Source: Tubulanus polymorphus (lineage: Eukaryota; Animalia; Nemertea). Taken from it: a DNA stretch of 64,000 bases. The position numbers and the translations under genes are program-made. The notes beneath the pieces are model-generated. The model searched no databases. It was not told the origin of the DNA and was given only the letters and a program-made list of their open reading frames with translations. How positions within the stretch are numbered: the first letter of the stretch is position 1; each line of letters starts with the position of its first letter. This document shows positions 13,114 through 25,878 of the stretch, piece after piece. Where the stretch lies: NCBI RefSeq assembly GCF_964204645.1, contig NC_134032.1:5878275-5942274 (forward strand). The letters run 5' to 3'.

Positions 13114-15850
13114 TATATATTCTTAGCAATCAAATCAGTGATTGATGACGTAATCAGCTGTAAATGTTTAAGGACTGTAGCATTAAGAATGAAAGGCGTG
13201 CACGTTGCTCCAAACAATACCGCGCGAAATCTGAATGTCACCAAATTACTTCCTGGATTTTTCGGATCTTCTAACCAGAGAAAACGTGTCATATCTCTAT
13301 CCTGTTCTGCCAGACGGATGGATAGAAAAGCTTTTTCCAAGTCTGAGACCGCAGCATATCTCCCGATTCTAAAACGCAATAACATTCCGACAATATCATT
13401 GTGTAGAGGGGGTCCCGATTCCAGACAGTCGTTGAAGCTTATGGATGAATTTGTCTTACAGCTACAATCAAAGACAATACGGAGCGGTGTTGTACTAGAG
13501 TCTTTTATCACGGCATGATGTGGTAAATAATGACATGATCCATCAGTTGGTGCTGCGTCTGGAACTCGTTCTATAAATCCTCTTCTTTCTTGTTCCGTTA
13601 TTAGACCAGCATAAGTCTCCAACATTGAATTGCTAACCAATCGTTTTATAGTCGACATAGTCCGTGCACGACACATTGTAAAATTGTCATTCAATGGCGG
13701 GTGGTCACTCTTCCATGGTAGACGCGCAACATATTTACCGTCGGTAAATTTAATCGACTCAGCACAGTACTCCTCCATAGAAACTGACTCACGCTTCGAT
13801 GCATCAGGACTTTCAATCCCTATAGATTCCAATTCCCATAGTCTTTTCATATTGAGTTTATCGTCGGTACTGTTAACCAATGTGTCTAGCATTGTCACCA
13901 TTGACGCGGACGAATGACTACTATATGCTTCGCTGATCGGACCCGACAATAAATAACCAATTTTCGAATTAACTGCCACGGGATAAGTTTCACTCGATCC
14001 TCTGATTATCTCATCTTTAACAATATTGTAGTAATAATCCGATCCGATTAGTACAGTGATGTTGAATAAATCGGTATCATCAACGGGATGCGCTAATGTC
14101 AAATTTTCCAAATGAGAAAATTCTTTAGTAATTTTAGACATATTCTTTATCGGTGCTGCAATTTCCGGAACGACAAGTAACTCCATCTCAAAAACTTCTT
14201 CACCTCTGCATATCAACCTTAGTTTAACCACAGGAAGAAGACGTATATCACTTGCCGACTGAGACCCAAAACTAGCCAATCGTAACAGTTCTTCACGCTC
14301 AGTAACAAGTTGAAGTTCTTCAGCCAACGACTCTTGAATAAAACTTCTTTGAGACCCATCATCTAATAAAATATTAGCTTTTGTTCTAATTCCCGATACA
14401 GCATTTTCAACTTGCGAAACAGCAGTTTTCGGTAATCCTCCTTGTAGTGTAACATTACAGTAATTTCCAGAGACAGCAACAGCAACATTCCTGGATACGG
14501 TTGGGGCATCAATATTCTGAATTACATCTACCTGGCTAGAATCAGCATTATCATGGACCGCAGCAGAGACGTGACTTTGACTTTGACCTTGACCTTGACC
14601 ATTTTGTAATAACGAATTTGGTACACCTACACCTGCCAAATCTGAACTCGAACCCTGTCCTCCAGTCTGTGCTTGTCCTCGTGACTGACTTCCGGTACAA
14701 ATACTAGTGTGATGTCTTCCAACATGGCATTTTTTACATTTGATTCTTGACAGACACTGACGTGACTGATGACTCGACATTAAGCAGTTAAAACAAAGAC
14801 CAAGTTGTTTTATTCGATTTTTCCTCGCTTCGACGGTTACGAATTGAATACAGTTGGTAGCTTTATGTCCAGCTGAACAATAGTGACACTTCAAAGGACC
14901 AGTCTGGCGTCGAATACCTGCAGAACCAACGACCATTGTGGAAATTTCTTCGGGCTTTGTGCCAGGTTGGTAACCAGCTCCCATGACAAAAACCTAATTT
15001 TCCAGCCCACTAATAACCTCGCTTCAGCTATATTCACGGTCACCATATTTTCTCGCTAGGTTACGTTGTACTTCACTGGGCAACTTGTCCATAACAATAG
15101 GGACCAATATACCGCCGAAATAATCGTCGTCTTTACTGTATGTTCTCAATGTACGCATATACGAGCCCAATTTATCGGAAAATTTACGGAGACTAATATA
15201 AGTGTATAAAGGCTTTTCCAAATCAATCACGGCACGCATATATGCCTTTGTAACTACGTGTGGCTGTCCGAATCGACTTTTCAAAATTGTACAGGCTTCC
15301 TTATAAGCATTTTCTGTTATTGGCAAACCAGCAATAGCGTCAGCTGCTTCTCCAATGAGCTGGGCTTTCAAATAAGTGAATTTCTGAACATTAGTCATCA
15401 TGGTGGACGAGTTTACAGCGCTGTCAAAGCTATCCCAAAAGCCAGACCATTCTAGTATTTTTCCAGAAAATTTGGGTAGAATTAATTTTGGTAGATTTAC
15501 GTTTTTAGCGTTGTCAGAATTCCTAGATAGTCCTGAATTTCCTTGTCCTGAATTTCCAAGAGGCCAATCGATGAGTTTTGATTCCACTTTTCGCAAATCC
15601 AATTTTTTTGACAATATCCTCCTCCGCTCCTTCGAAAAATGCTGCGAACTGATCATCGGTCGACAATTCACATATCCGTTCAGTCAATTCCTCAATTTTA
15701 GCTTATCTTCCTCGAACGCTTTCCAAAATGATGCAGATTTCTTGCGATTTAGTATAATCAGATGTAGCGATTAATGCGTTAATCTTCGTAATTTGATTAT
15801 CGTAATGCCCCCGGTGGGCGTTCCTAGATCGCACGATCGTATCCCTGCTC
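13114..15850 (-). pseudogene. BEL gag-protease-RT 5' half (frameshifted)
   Basis: Gag LPKF.G...W..FWD.F; three Cys/His knuckles; protease LLDDGSQRSF; RT YLPHHAV, RIVFD, DLEKAF, FGATCTPF. Confidence 0.93.
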
Positions 15851-15878
15851 ATTTTTCCAAGCTCAAGAGGGACCAAAA

Positions 15879-16030
15879 TGTCGATATTTCCTCGATATAT
15901 ACAACTACGTCTCTATAGTACGAGAACACCGTTTATTCTGCCTAATCCCACCAACCCCGGTGAGCGTTGGAGCATGGGAAATATATAAAAGTTAATCTAC
16001 CGTTTCAATGACTAAATCATATCTCCAACA
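15879..16030 (-). repeat. BEL 5' LTR (152 bp)
   Basis: Direct repeat of 534-683, followed on the minus strand by PBS-like TTTTGGTCCCTC. Confidence 0.95.
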
Positions 16031-17808
16031 GTGACCTGCCGCCTGAACAGGTTACATCTTTTGGTTTGAGCTTCAGGTTGGCTACCCAAAAGCAGACAAA
16101 TACTTCACTTAAGCGTCCCAGGTGGCTATCGCATTTTCTGTCCATAATAGTTAATTATGGGCTTCGTCGGATTCTCAGCAGTTTTAGCTGGTACTACTTG
16201 AAGTGCAGCTACATCCTGTTTACCGGAAGTCACCACTTGAGGTACATCCAGGGATCCTGGGATTTCCACTGACTGGTTCGACTGCCCACGAGGCACTAAG
16301 CTGCCATTCCCCTCACCAGGCGTCATCGTTGTTTCCAGTTAGACACACTACAGACTTTAGCCGGAACTATATTTAGTGCGGCCTCTTCTGAATAACCCAT
16401 ATCACCAGGTGCGGTTTATCCGGGATCATCACGATTTATTGCTGTGGCAGTCTGGTCGCCGCTGTGGAATAGTGTATTTCCCAGAAGATGGAGCTAGTGC
16501 TGGTTTGGAGTTCCCCTGCCCCTTGTGGAACCCCGTCGTCCGTTCCCCGGGTTCCCGCTTTTCGGTGCCGGGCAGCTTCGCGAAAAATGAACGCGTTCAC
16601 CGCAGTTGAAACACTGCGTAAGTAAACACTGGCTCCCTGTGTGATTGGAGGCCCTGCAGTGCCAGCAGACGTCGTTTAATGGTTGACTCATCTCAAGTTT
16701 GTCGAGCTGTGATGATAGACCCTGCACCAAAGTTAAAAGTTGGTCCATTTGTAACGGCTTAACGGATGTGGCAACTTCATTTACTGTTTGCTGTTAGTGT
16801 CCCTCAGGCCTTCCGTCATCTAATGAGTCGTGTCCAGCGACCTCGCTTGCATCACGGCCTCGGCCAGGGTTTTTGGCCGATGTACAAACAGGGCTGCCCT
16901 TCTGCTCGGGTTCAGAGAGACAGCATGCTTGAACCTGTCCATTGCAAGCTCGTCCTGTACCCTAGGTGGTATCTCAAGGTATACATTTCGACTCAGTTCG
17001 AGCAGCTCGTCAGCAAAATGCTCGATCGACTCCCCGGAACGCTGCTCCCTCATACTTAGGAGAATTCTAAACGGTCTTCAACTGTTTGAACCTGTCAGAC
17101 AGGCGTGCGCAAAACTCCTTGTAGAAGAGTGTGTCCGGGAGCCAGATTAGGTACGGCCTGATATGCCTCATGGTCTAAATTTTTCTTACGGGATACCCCA
17201 TTTTTCTTCATGGAGCTGTAACCGACGGAATCGGCAAAGTCGTAAAGCGGTTCAGCCAAATCCTGAAGGTCTGCTCGGTACTGTAGGGTCACGGCGGGGG
17301 AAATGATGACGTCGAACACTTAGACGATGAGAAGGCTTTTTAAGCACCCTAGCCAGCTCATCATATTGCCCTTTCTCCTCCTCGTCACTTGAACTACTAC
17401 TGTCTAGCTCAAAACTCTCCCCGTTGATTAGTTTTGGGGACGAGTGCACCCATCGGCAGCCTCTACAGCCGATTCGACAGTAATTTGGTCGTGTTTATCG
17501 TCAGTTTCACTGGATTCTTAACAATAGAGCAGGCCTATAGGCTATGAAATATTCCGATTGACAATAAGGGAAAAATAGAATAAATTCATCAAATTCAAAT
17601 GATAGTGACGGTGACAAGTATTGGTTATGAGTACGGGAGTTCTGCTGTTTACTGCACTACTTCAAGTCAATCACAGTAAGAAACTAGCAACCATAACCTA
17701 TATTCGTTAAGTAGTCACCCAGACTACCCTCTCTCACGGGTCCGTGTAGCCAAATAAACTCAGCGTTTTTGTAAAAAAAACAATATCAAAATTCTACAAC
17801 TGCCACCA
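16031..17808 (-). pseudogene. Gypsy gag (CCHC knuckles) and deleted pol remnant with tRNA-Leu-like PBS
   Basis: Q..GESIEHFADEL..L; CWHC..NH..C and CFNCGE..HF.R.C; RT fragment LKLKPKRC. TGGTGGCAGTTGTAGAATT at 17790-17808 lies next to a probable LTR edge at 17810. Confidence 0.82.
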
Positions 17809-18689
17809 ATGTAAATGTTAGGTCTCATCTTGTCTTATTTAATCGAAACTGAGACAATCATTTTCGCTAGTTTCACGCTTCCTTGTGAAGTAATAGGAAA
17901 CGAACCTGGCGCAGTTTTTGTCATTGTAAATGCGGCTTACCATTACGTGGAGGATGAGCATATAAACGCCCGCAGAAAAAACCACTGTCGTACCACTATA
18001 CAGCTATTCGGGCGAGCGGGTTTTGATTTTTATGAAAAAAGATGATTGATGCTTTGCCGATGCGGGCGAGCGAATTTGTGTAATTAATCTTTATTTGGGA
18101 CTTTTTCATGACGCGGGCGGCATTTTACTTTCTTGAAAAACTAGGGTATTTCTTTGTGTGGTCTGATAGAAAAAATATATTAGTATTATATATTTATTCA
18201 TATACCGTTATTCTCAAATTTTAGCTCTGCGGGATTGCATAACCTGTTATCCCCGAAAATACAGAAGATCCTCTTAAGCAATTATTGACAAAAAACGAAG
18301 AATGCCTGATTTAGGTCTGCAGTTTGAGCTAAAAAGGGTGAAATCAAGACTCACATCTATGAATAATTTTGGGATTGGAACCTAATAGCGCCGCTTAAAT
18401 TGCGACACTGGTCATCAAATTTTAAAGAGGGATCAACTTTTTGTAGGATTCGAACCTAATAAAAACTACGTCGACGCTCTTTGTGGGGTCATTTAAGTTC
18501 ACATGACGCCTGCGCACGACAAAATTAGTTCTGAACCGACTGGAACGCCATCTGGTTACATAATACGTTTATACTTGATGACGTGAGTTGATCCTTCGCG
18601 TTACCACATTACACTACACGTTATGGGTTTATCCTTCAAGCGATGACGTATGCGTCTGTTTGGCGGGGATGGCCGCCCATAAGAAAACA

Positions 18690-18965
18690 CCTTAATGCCT
18701 GATAACTGGAAACTTGATGAAAAAGCAGGAAAAGACTGGTTTGCACTATTTCGGGAACGAATTTGCCAAATCGTCAGCCAGAGCCCACGTCATTAGCACG
18801 TGCAACGGCTTTTAACTTTTCGTCAGCACATTCTACAACAATCAAACAACAAGCGAGAATTCTATATACGAATTCAACCTCACGATATCTACAATATTGA
18901 TGAAAGTGGATGTCACACTGTACAGAAACCTAGAAAGATTGTCAAACATAGAAGCAGGAAGCAAC
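18690..18965 (+). pseudogene. pogo/Tigger-like DDE transposase fragment
   Basis: AGKDWF..F..R and I(Q)P.DIYNIDESG..TVQ motifs, frameshifted. Confidence 0.65.
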
Positions 18966-19082
18966 TTAATTTGTTCTATCTGCTGAGGGGGGGGGGGGGC
19001 TGTTGAAACTACAAGTCTATGACGAGAGAAATCCCACAATAACGAAACCAAGATTGAAAAATTCTATATCAGAACTGTTAGC

Positions 19083-19409
19083 AGTAATAGAGGTAATGGG
19101 CTTTCAAGCCAAAGGTCGAACGGTCGAGCTCATAAAAATGAAAAATATGAAAATAATAACAATTTCTACTTGAATTAGTCGCGAAACTCATAAAAAATGA
19201 AAAATAATTCTCACACACTCGAATTTATTTTTCAAAAAAGTGTGAGTAAAGTGTGAGTGAAATAAATTCGAGCGTGTGAGAATTATTTTTCATTTTTTAC
19301 GAGTTTCACTCCTAATTAAAGTAGAACTTGTTATTATTTTCATGTTTTTCATTTTTTAATGAACTCGACCATTCAACCTTTAACCTGAAAGCCCATTACC
19401 CCTATTACT
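19083..19409. mobile_element. Fold-back pair of Polinton-type termini (MITE-like)
   Basis: AGTAATAG..AGGTCGA..GGTCGAG arm and its inverted copy ending CCCCTATTACT. No TSD found. Confidence 0.8.
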
Positions 19410-19529
19410 CTTAAAATATTCATATACATGAATAAAATATATATGAATAACATATAAATTGATAGATTATTCAATATAAAAGTGTGAGTGAAATAATTCA
19501 TATTTAAAACATTGAATATTTATATTTGA

Positions 19530-20072
19530 ATGAGTTTTAATAAAAATTTTGTTATAAAAATGAAGAAAGAAGAAGAAGAACCCAACTTTAAAATCGAAAT
19601 CAATGAAACCAATAAATCATTTTCACAGTTAAACATAAAAAATTGTATTTCAGCAACAAATTTAGTGTCCGCAAGGTATTATAAAATTGAAAATATTACT
19701 GTAATTAATCAAATATTATCAAATGAAACATATTTAATTACTGAACTAGTAGATACTTTTGATAATGGTGTTAAAAATCCTAAAGTATTCAATACAGTTT
19801 TAAATTTTAAAGGAACTTTAGATGAAAACATAATAAATATACTTCAAACCCCTTTCAATGAAAGAAATGATGATATAATACTTTCAAAAGATTACAATGA
19901 TTTGATTAACTTAAGAATTGAAAAAAGACAATTATATTATTTCAATTTTGATAATAAACAAATTATCTATAATGAAAATTCATCAAATATTGGAATTCAA
20001 TGTGAATTAGATAATGAAAAATCATTTAAAGATATTGCAGTTCAATGTTTTGATAAATTGTTTGACAGTTGA
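19530..20072 (+). CDS. Hypothetical protein of the mini-element, C-terminally truncated by the satellite
   Basis: Highly similar to ORF 24855-25556 up to DIAVQC, then runs into the 24-bp repeat. Confidence 0.7.
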   Translation: MSFNKNFVIKMKKEEEEPNFKIEINETNKSFSQLNIKNCISATNLVSARYYKIENITVINQILSNETYLITELVDTFDNGVKNPKVFNTVLNFKGTLDENIINILQTPFNERNDDIILSKDYNDLINLRIEKRQLYYFNFDNKQIIYNENSSNIGIQCELDNEKSFKDIAVQCFDKLFDS

Positions 20073-20436
20073 AATGATAAATTGTTTGACAGTTAAAATG
20101 ATAAATTGTTTGACAGTTAAAATGATAAATTGTTCGACTGCTGAAATGATAAGACAGTTGAAATGATAAATTGTTTGACAGTTGAAATGATAAATTGTTT
20201 GACAGTTGAAATGATAAATTGTTTGACAGTTGAAATGATAACTTGTTTGACAGTTGAAATGATAAATTGTTTGACAGTTGAAATGATAAATTGTTTGACA
20301 GTTGAAATGATTAATTGTTCGATAGTTGAAATGATAAATTGTTAGACAGTTGAAATGATAAATTGTTTGACAGTTGAAATGATAAATTGTTTGATAGTTG
20401 AAATGTTAAATTGTTTTACTGTTGAAATGATAAATT
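20045..20436. repeat. 24-bp minisatellite (GACAGTTGAAATGATAAATTGTTT)n
   Basis: About 16 tandem units, read directly. Confidence 0.97.
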
Positions 20437-21049
20437 TATGTTTTTATGTCTATATATCTATTCTATAGGGGCTCGTACTCTGACCTGAAAGCCTGATTTT
20501 CTAATTACTTACTTAATTTCTGACTTCGTCGAAAACCCTCTTGAAATTCTGTTGATTATCATTATTATTATATATTTTCCGCCGATTTCGTCAAATAAAA
20601 TTCATCTTCATTCAGATTCGGCAACTGACAGCTTCGAAACGAAATGTATGAATTGATACTGTAATAACGGTCTCTCTGAACCAACAGATTGTCTGAATGT
20701 ACTTTCCATCCTATTTGAAACTTAAAATTACTTATTAGGTTACTGTAAATAAAGAATTGAATTGAATTGTTAGACAACAAGCACCGGCGAAATAACAGTT
20801 TGTGACGTCATTTAGTAAGTAAATTAAGGAGGGCTCCGAGAATTTCCAAATCGCGGGGACTATACTGGGGTTAGACCATTCAACCAAAAAGATGATTGCT
20901 CCGATAATATCCAAATCATCTCATTTTATTTTTTTCCATCGAATACCCGGTAATTAATTTTTCCTTCCGATCACATGCATCCAGAAAACCCGTTATCGCT
21001 GCTTTGCAGCTATATTTTATATTTTATTCATGTATATGATTATTTTAAG

Positions 21050-21246
21050 AGTAATAGGGGAATGTGGCTTTCATATCAAAGGTTGAGGGGCGAGAAATTT
21101 TCCAAATATGAAAATAATAATAATTTCTACGTGAATTAGGAGTGTGCGCGACTAATTCAAGTAGAAATTATTGTTATTTTCATATTTGGAAAATTTTCTG
21201 CTCGACCTCTCGACCTTTGGTATGAAAGCCACATTCCCCTATTACT
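21050..21246. mobile_element. Second fold-back pair of Polinton-type termini (197 bp)
   Basis: AGTAATAGGGGAATGTGGCTTTCAT.. and inverted ..ATGAAAGCCACATTCCCCTATTACT. Arms about 90 bp. Confidence 0.85.
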
Positions 21247-22284
21247 CCTAGGGTCTGCCCGGTTTCAGTTTGGCTCTTGAATGTTTATAATTTTAGAATT
21301 CTCCCTCCTGCTGTATGGGCCTTATTCACCGTCCGCCATGATGACGGCCAAAACAAGGCTGCCACTGCAAACAGAAAGCATATATGGCACATTGTAACGT
21401 GCCGCGCTGCACAAATGATGCGCGCTATCTAAGTGAATTCAAAACATCGTTTCATCAATTCCTCACAGAAAAATAACACAGAAAGCAATGGGTTTATGTA
21501 ATTTGGCGCGACGAAGACCAATTTTTCAAGGTAATGAAGACCAATTTTTCAAGGTAATGATATCACGGATCTAATCCATCCCAGCCCTGTAGGCTCATAA
21601 ATAGGTTACGGTTAGTCCAAGGTCTTATAAAGTTAACAAGAAGAATTGAGTGTGACGACTTCAGAGCTGTCTAACACCCGGTTAGGGAATATTGATGTAG
21701 TTGTCTTTAGGTATGTTATACGGAGAAATAAAGTGGCAAGCAGCACTAAATTTATTTAGACTTTTTAGTCTACCTTAGTTACAGTAGCAAGTAGCCAATA
21801 TGTTTTGTTGGGTTTAGGGTTGGATTTTAGTACACAAGGTGTAGGGACTGGTAGAATATATTTAACAGTTAACCCACAGGGGTAACTGGCCACGGGCGGA
21901 TTGGATTAAGGAAGTTGTATTGGTGGACTTTTGGTAAGGTTGAGGGTTAGTGAATAAAAAAAAACATGTACATGTAGTTTAAAAGTCAAGTGCCCAATAG
22001 AATATTGTATAACACATATTTTCTAAATGTGATATGTGTATAAATGATAAGTGTGTTACTAATTCTGATTTTACTAAAGCCATCACTGAGAAATAAGTCT
22101 TTAAAGTCGGCTATTTTCACCAGTTTGGCGTACACAACAGGTGCACGTTTGCTGGAAAAACCCACGATCGCTGACATCATTGTAGTCAAACACACATTTC
22201 CACCCACGTTGTACTACTGAACAATTAATAACAAACTTTTGGTGCGCTTTATGAATACCAAAGCTATGGCAAAATAATAATTCA

Positions 22285-22750
22285 AACTAGAAATCCAAGA
22301 TGGATGGCAACCCTGGTGGCCATACTTGAACTCAATTTTTAACTCAAGGGGTAGACATTTCACCTACCAAAATTCTAACACCTAGTATCATGAAAATGCA
22401 TCAAGAATTACAGGCCGTTTCGTGCTTGAAATTCAAGATAGCTGACCTGGCGGCCATATTAGAAAGCCGGTGACCTCCATTTACAAAAGACATGGACAGC
22501 TTACCTACCCTGATCTTCACACCAAATTTTGTAGAAATCCATCAAGAATTGCGGGCTGCATCGTGCAAACAAGAAATTCAAGATGGCCACCCCAATTTGA
22601 TCACCAATGATATTTTCTTACAATAGGGGTGGACATCTCGCCAGACCCAATCTTCAAGCTTATTTTCAAAAAGATTCATCGCAAATTAGAGGCGAATTAC
22701 AGTGTCGAAATCGATTCAATTCCAGATGGCCTGGCTCAGGCCTATGCAAC
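22285..22750. repeat. Degenerate ~145-bp tandem repeats (AATTCAAGATGGC motif), Helitron/Helentron-associated type
   Basis: AA(T/A)TC(C/A)AGAT(G/A)G recurs near 22292, 22430, 22575 and 22718, with CATCAAGAATT. The family assignment is inference. Confidence 0.5.
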
Positions 22751-24936
22751 AGGAAGGAGTCAATTAAGATTCCACTTTTTGAAAGACCAGCACAGTTGCC
22801 TTTTCAAATCACATGTAATTAAAAAATTCAGTGCTTCTTAGTTTGATGTCCCTGTTTTCATCGCGCACGTGGTTTATATTATTGTTTACATCAAACGTCT
22901 TCAACAGCTGATACAACCGCACCCGCCTCTGTCGATCAGCAATTGATTCATATACTAAAATGCTCACTATGAAAAAACTATGCGTTGAATCGATCCGGAA
23001 TTTTTCAGTAGAATGTCAGACACTAGGTACCTTTCTTTAAAGGTTTACTTGCTGTATGTCATTAACAATCAGTTATATAATACTTTATTCATAACTTTGA
23101 AGCGGCGCGCCGAGTGCGAACGCTCAAGCAAGGTCAGTCACGATAAAGCCAACGATAACATGAAACAGACCACGGTTTTGCCGGTCAAGAGCGTCTCTCC
23201 ACATAAATTATGTTATTGACCATTCTTGACTGTTATTGACAGTTATTGACCATTCGTTGACACTAACCTTTAATAAACTTCCTATGGATAAAATCAAGAT
23301 AATCCCACCCTAAAATTCCACTATTCAACGATCGACGCGCAGCTTAAACATGGCGCCGCCATCAATACGCTAGTCACGATGTATCTCTACACACATCAAA
23401 ATAACACTTGAATCGAAATCGAAATCTAGCAATTTGATTGGGAAAATAGCAGCACTATAGTTGGAACAAGAAAATTAATTTTAGAAAATTATTTGACGCC
23501 TGCGAAAAAAATGTATAATTTCTGGGCTAAGCTAATGTGGAATTGCAAATTTGAAATCGAAGTTTTAAGAAATTTGGGGAATGATGAGATTTGGCGATTG
23601 GGTAGATGATACAGCGGGTCTTCGACTCTAGTAGTGGTTTAAATTTTTTTATTGAAAATTCTCAATAATTGATCGCGAACTTGCGACCGACTTCATTTAC
23701 TTATGCCTCTAAGCTGGTCTGCAACTTCATTGCCTCCATGGTTGAAGAACGAGCTCTTCTGATGTCTGCTTCATCATGACTTCGAGCATATCGTGTGGCC
23801 TAGCCAGCCGGCCCGGGCCACGGGTTTGGCTGTCACATCCTAGAGTCTTGAGTCTGGGTGGGTTGAAGTAGACATTGTCATTTAAAATAACATGCTTATG
23901 TTGTTCTGTATGAATTACCCGTGTGTCATGTATGTTGTATTAATTTATTTTTTAAAATTTGTATTTATTGAATTTGGGAATTTTATCCCGAAATTTCAAT
24001 GTAATAAGGATCAATAAAGAATTGAATTGAATTGTCACCTAATACACATGCCATCAGAGGACGCGGAGCCGTATATGATAGCTATGCTATTATAAATTGC
24101 TAATCTCACGAAACCTGCATACTCCTAATATCAAACATATTTTCTAAAACGTTTGAATATTGAAATTATATGTTTACACATTTTCATATTGACCGCTTTT
24201 AGCCGCTGATGAAATTCACGCCGGCCCTACACACATCGTAGATAGCTTCGTCATTCCACCGGCATGCCCACGTCAGGGTCTGACTTTTATATCAGACTTC
24301 CAAATCGTGTATACATCCGCCATTTAACCGAATAATCCGATTTACTTATCATTTCTATTTATGCCTGCCCCTTCTGATATAATCATACATCCTTTACTAT
24401 TACAATACGTCTTCTAATGATATTCAATGCAATATAACATTTCGACGTTCAAATATAGGTCATTATATAATCACAGAAAGCCATTCTACATCTATGTCAA
24501 TAATATTTTGCCAGATAGCTTGTTTGTGTACACATAGACCTGTGACGTTTTGCACATCGATTTACGGCTGTCGTTTGTAAAATGACGCTGCATGGTTAAC
24601 ATTGTTTAGGTTTCATAATGGTAACGTTTTATAAGGCGTCAAAAAAGTTGATAAACCACCTCCTACTAGTAATAGGGGTTTAGTTGTTCTATACCAAAGG
24701 TCGATCGGTCGAGCTCATTAAAAAATGAAAAACATGAAAATAATAACAATTTCTACTTGAATTAGTCGCGAAACTCATAAAAGATGAAAAATAATTCTCA
24801 CACGCCCGAATTTATTTTTCATTTTTACTCGCTAGAAAAAAGTGTGAGTAAAGTGTGAGTGAAATAATTCATAAATCATTGAATATTTATATTTATATTC
24901 GTTGGATTCATTTTAATAAAAGTTTTTTTATTAAAA

Positions 24937-25556
24937 TGAAGACAGAAGAAGAAGAACCCAACTTTAAAATCGAAATAAAAGAAACCAATAAATCATTTTC
25001 ACAGTTTAACATTAAAAATTATATTTCAGCAACAAATTTAGTGTCCGCAAGGTATTATAAAATTAATAACATAACTATGATTAATCAAATATTATCAAAT
25101 GAAACATATTTAATTACTGAACTAGTAGATACTTTTGATAATGGAATAAAAAATCCTAAAATATTCAATACAGTTTTAAATTTTAAAGGAACTTTAGATG
25201 AAAACATAATTAATATTCTTGAAACTCCTTTCAATGAAAGAAATGATGATATAATACTTTCAAAAGATTATAATGATTTGATTAACTTAAGAATTGAAAA
25301 AAGACAATTATATTATTTCAATTTTGATAATAAACAAATTATCTATAATGAAAATTCATCAAATATTGGAATTCAATGTGAATTAGATAATGAAAAATCA
25401 TTTAAAGATATTGCAGTTCAATGTAATTTAGATGATGAATTTAGAAAATTCAATCCTAATGAAAAAATGCATTGTTATTGCGGAGGTAAATATTTAAAAT
25501 CACATAAATCAAAGCATTATGAAACAATTAAACATAAAAACTGGCGTAAAGAGTAA
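24937..25556 (+). CDS. Hypothetical protein with C-terminal CxC..H..H zinc-finger-like motif
   Basis: Intact ORF with likely start MKTEEEE inside the TIR. Ends CYCGGKYLKSHKSKHYETIKH. Conserved in the second copy at 19530. Confidence 0.75.
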
Positions 25557-25878
25557 CAATTCTACATTATAATTATTGAATTGAGTTAAATGATTTAAAT
25601 ATCTAATAGACTGTTAAAAAGATTAATTGTTTGACAGTTGAAGTGATAAATTGTTCGACTGTTGAAATGATAAGACAGTTGAAATGATAAATTGTTTGAC
25701 AGTTGAAATGATAAATTGTTTGACAGTTGAAATGATAAATTGTTTGACAGTTGAAATGATGAATTGTTTGACAGTTGAAATGATAAATTGTTTGACAGTT
25801 GAAATGATAAATTGTTTGACAGTTGAACTGATAAATTGTTTGGCAGTTGAAATGATAAGACAGCTGAAATGATAAATT

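Larger units (their letters stand above)
534..16030 (-). mobile_element. BEL/Pao LTR retrotransposon, full length, disrupted by an internal 9.7-kb insertion
   Basis: Near-identical TG..CA LTRs at 534-683 and 15879-16030. 5-bp TSD GTGAC at 529-533 and 16031-16035. PBS-like TGGTCCCTC next to the 5' LTR. Domain order is Gag-PR-RT-RH-IN. Confidence 0.96.
19410..20509 (+). mobile_element. Rearranged, truncated sibling of the mini-Polinton-like element
   Basis: Has the same subterminal GTGTGAGTGAAATAATTCAT, ORF and 24-bp satellite as 24668-30522, and ends in a variant terminus ..GAAAGCCTGATTTTCTAATTACT. Confidence 0.75.

Noticed and set aside
1279-17150. Numerous plus-strand ORFs overlapping the BEL and Gypsy genes
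   Set aside because: Antisense shadows of minus-strand retrotransposon coding sequence, with no motifs of their own.
19083-21246. A single TSD-bounded element spanning both fold-backs
   Set aside because: The flanks GTTAGC and CCTAGG do not match and the arms are different variants. Kept only as an unexplained arrangement.
20745-24035. Two AATAAAG(AATTG)n tails (about 20748 and 24013)
   Set aside because: Probably 3' ends of short truncated LINE copies, but bodies and TSDs could not be delimited.
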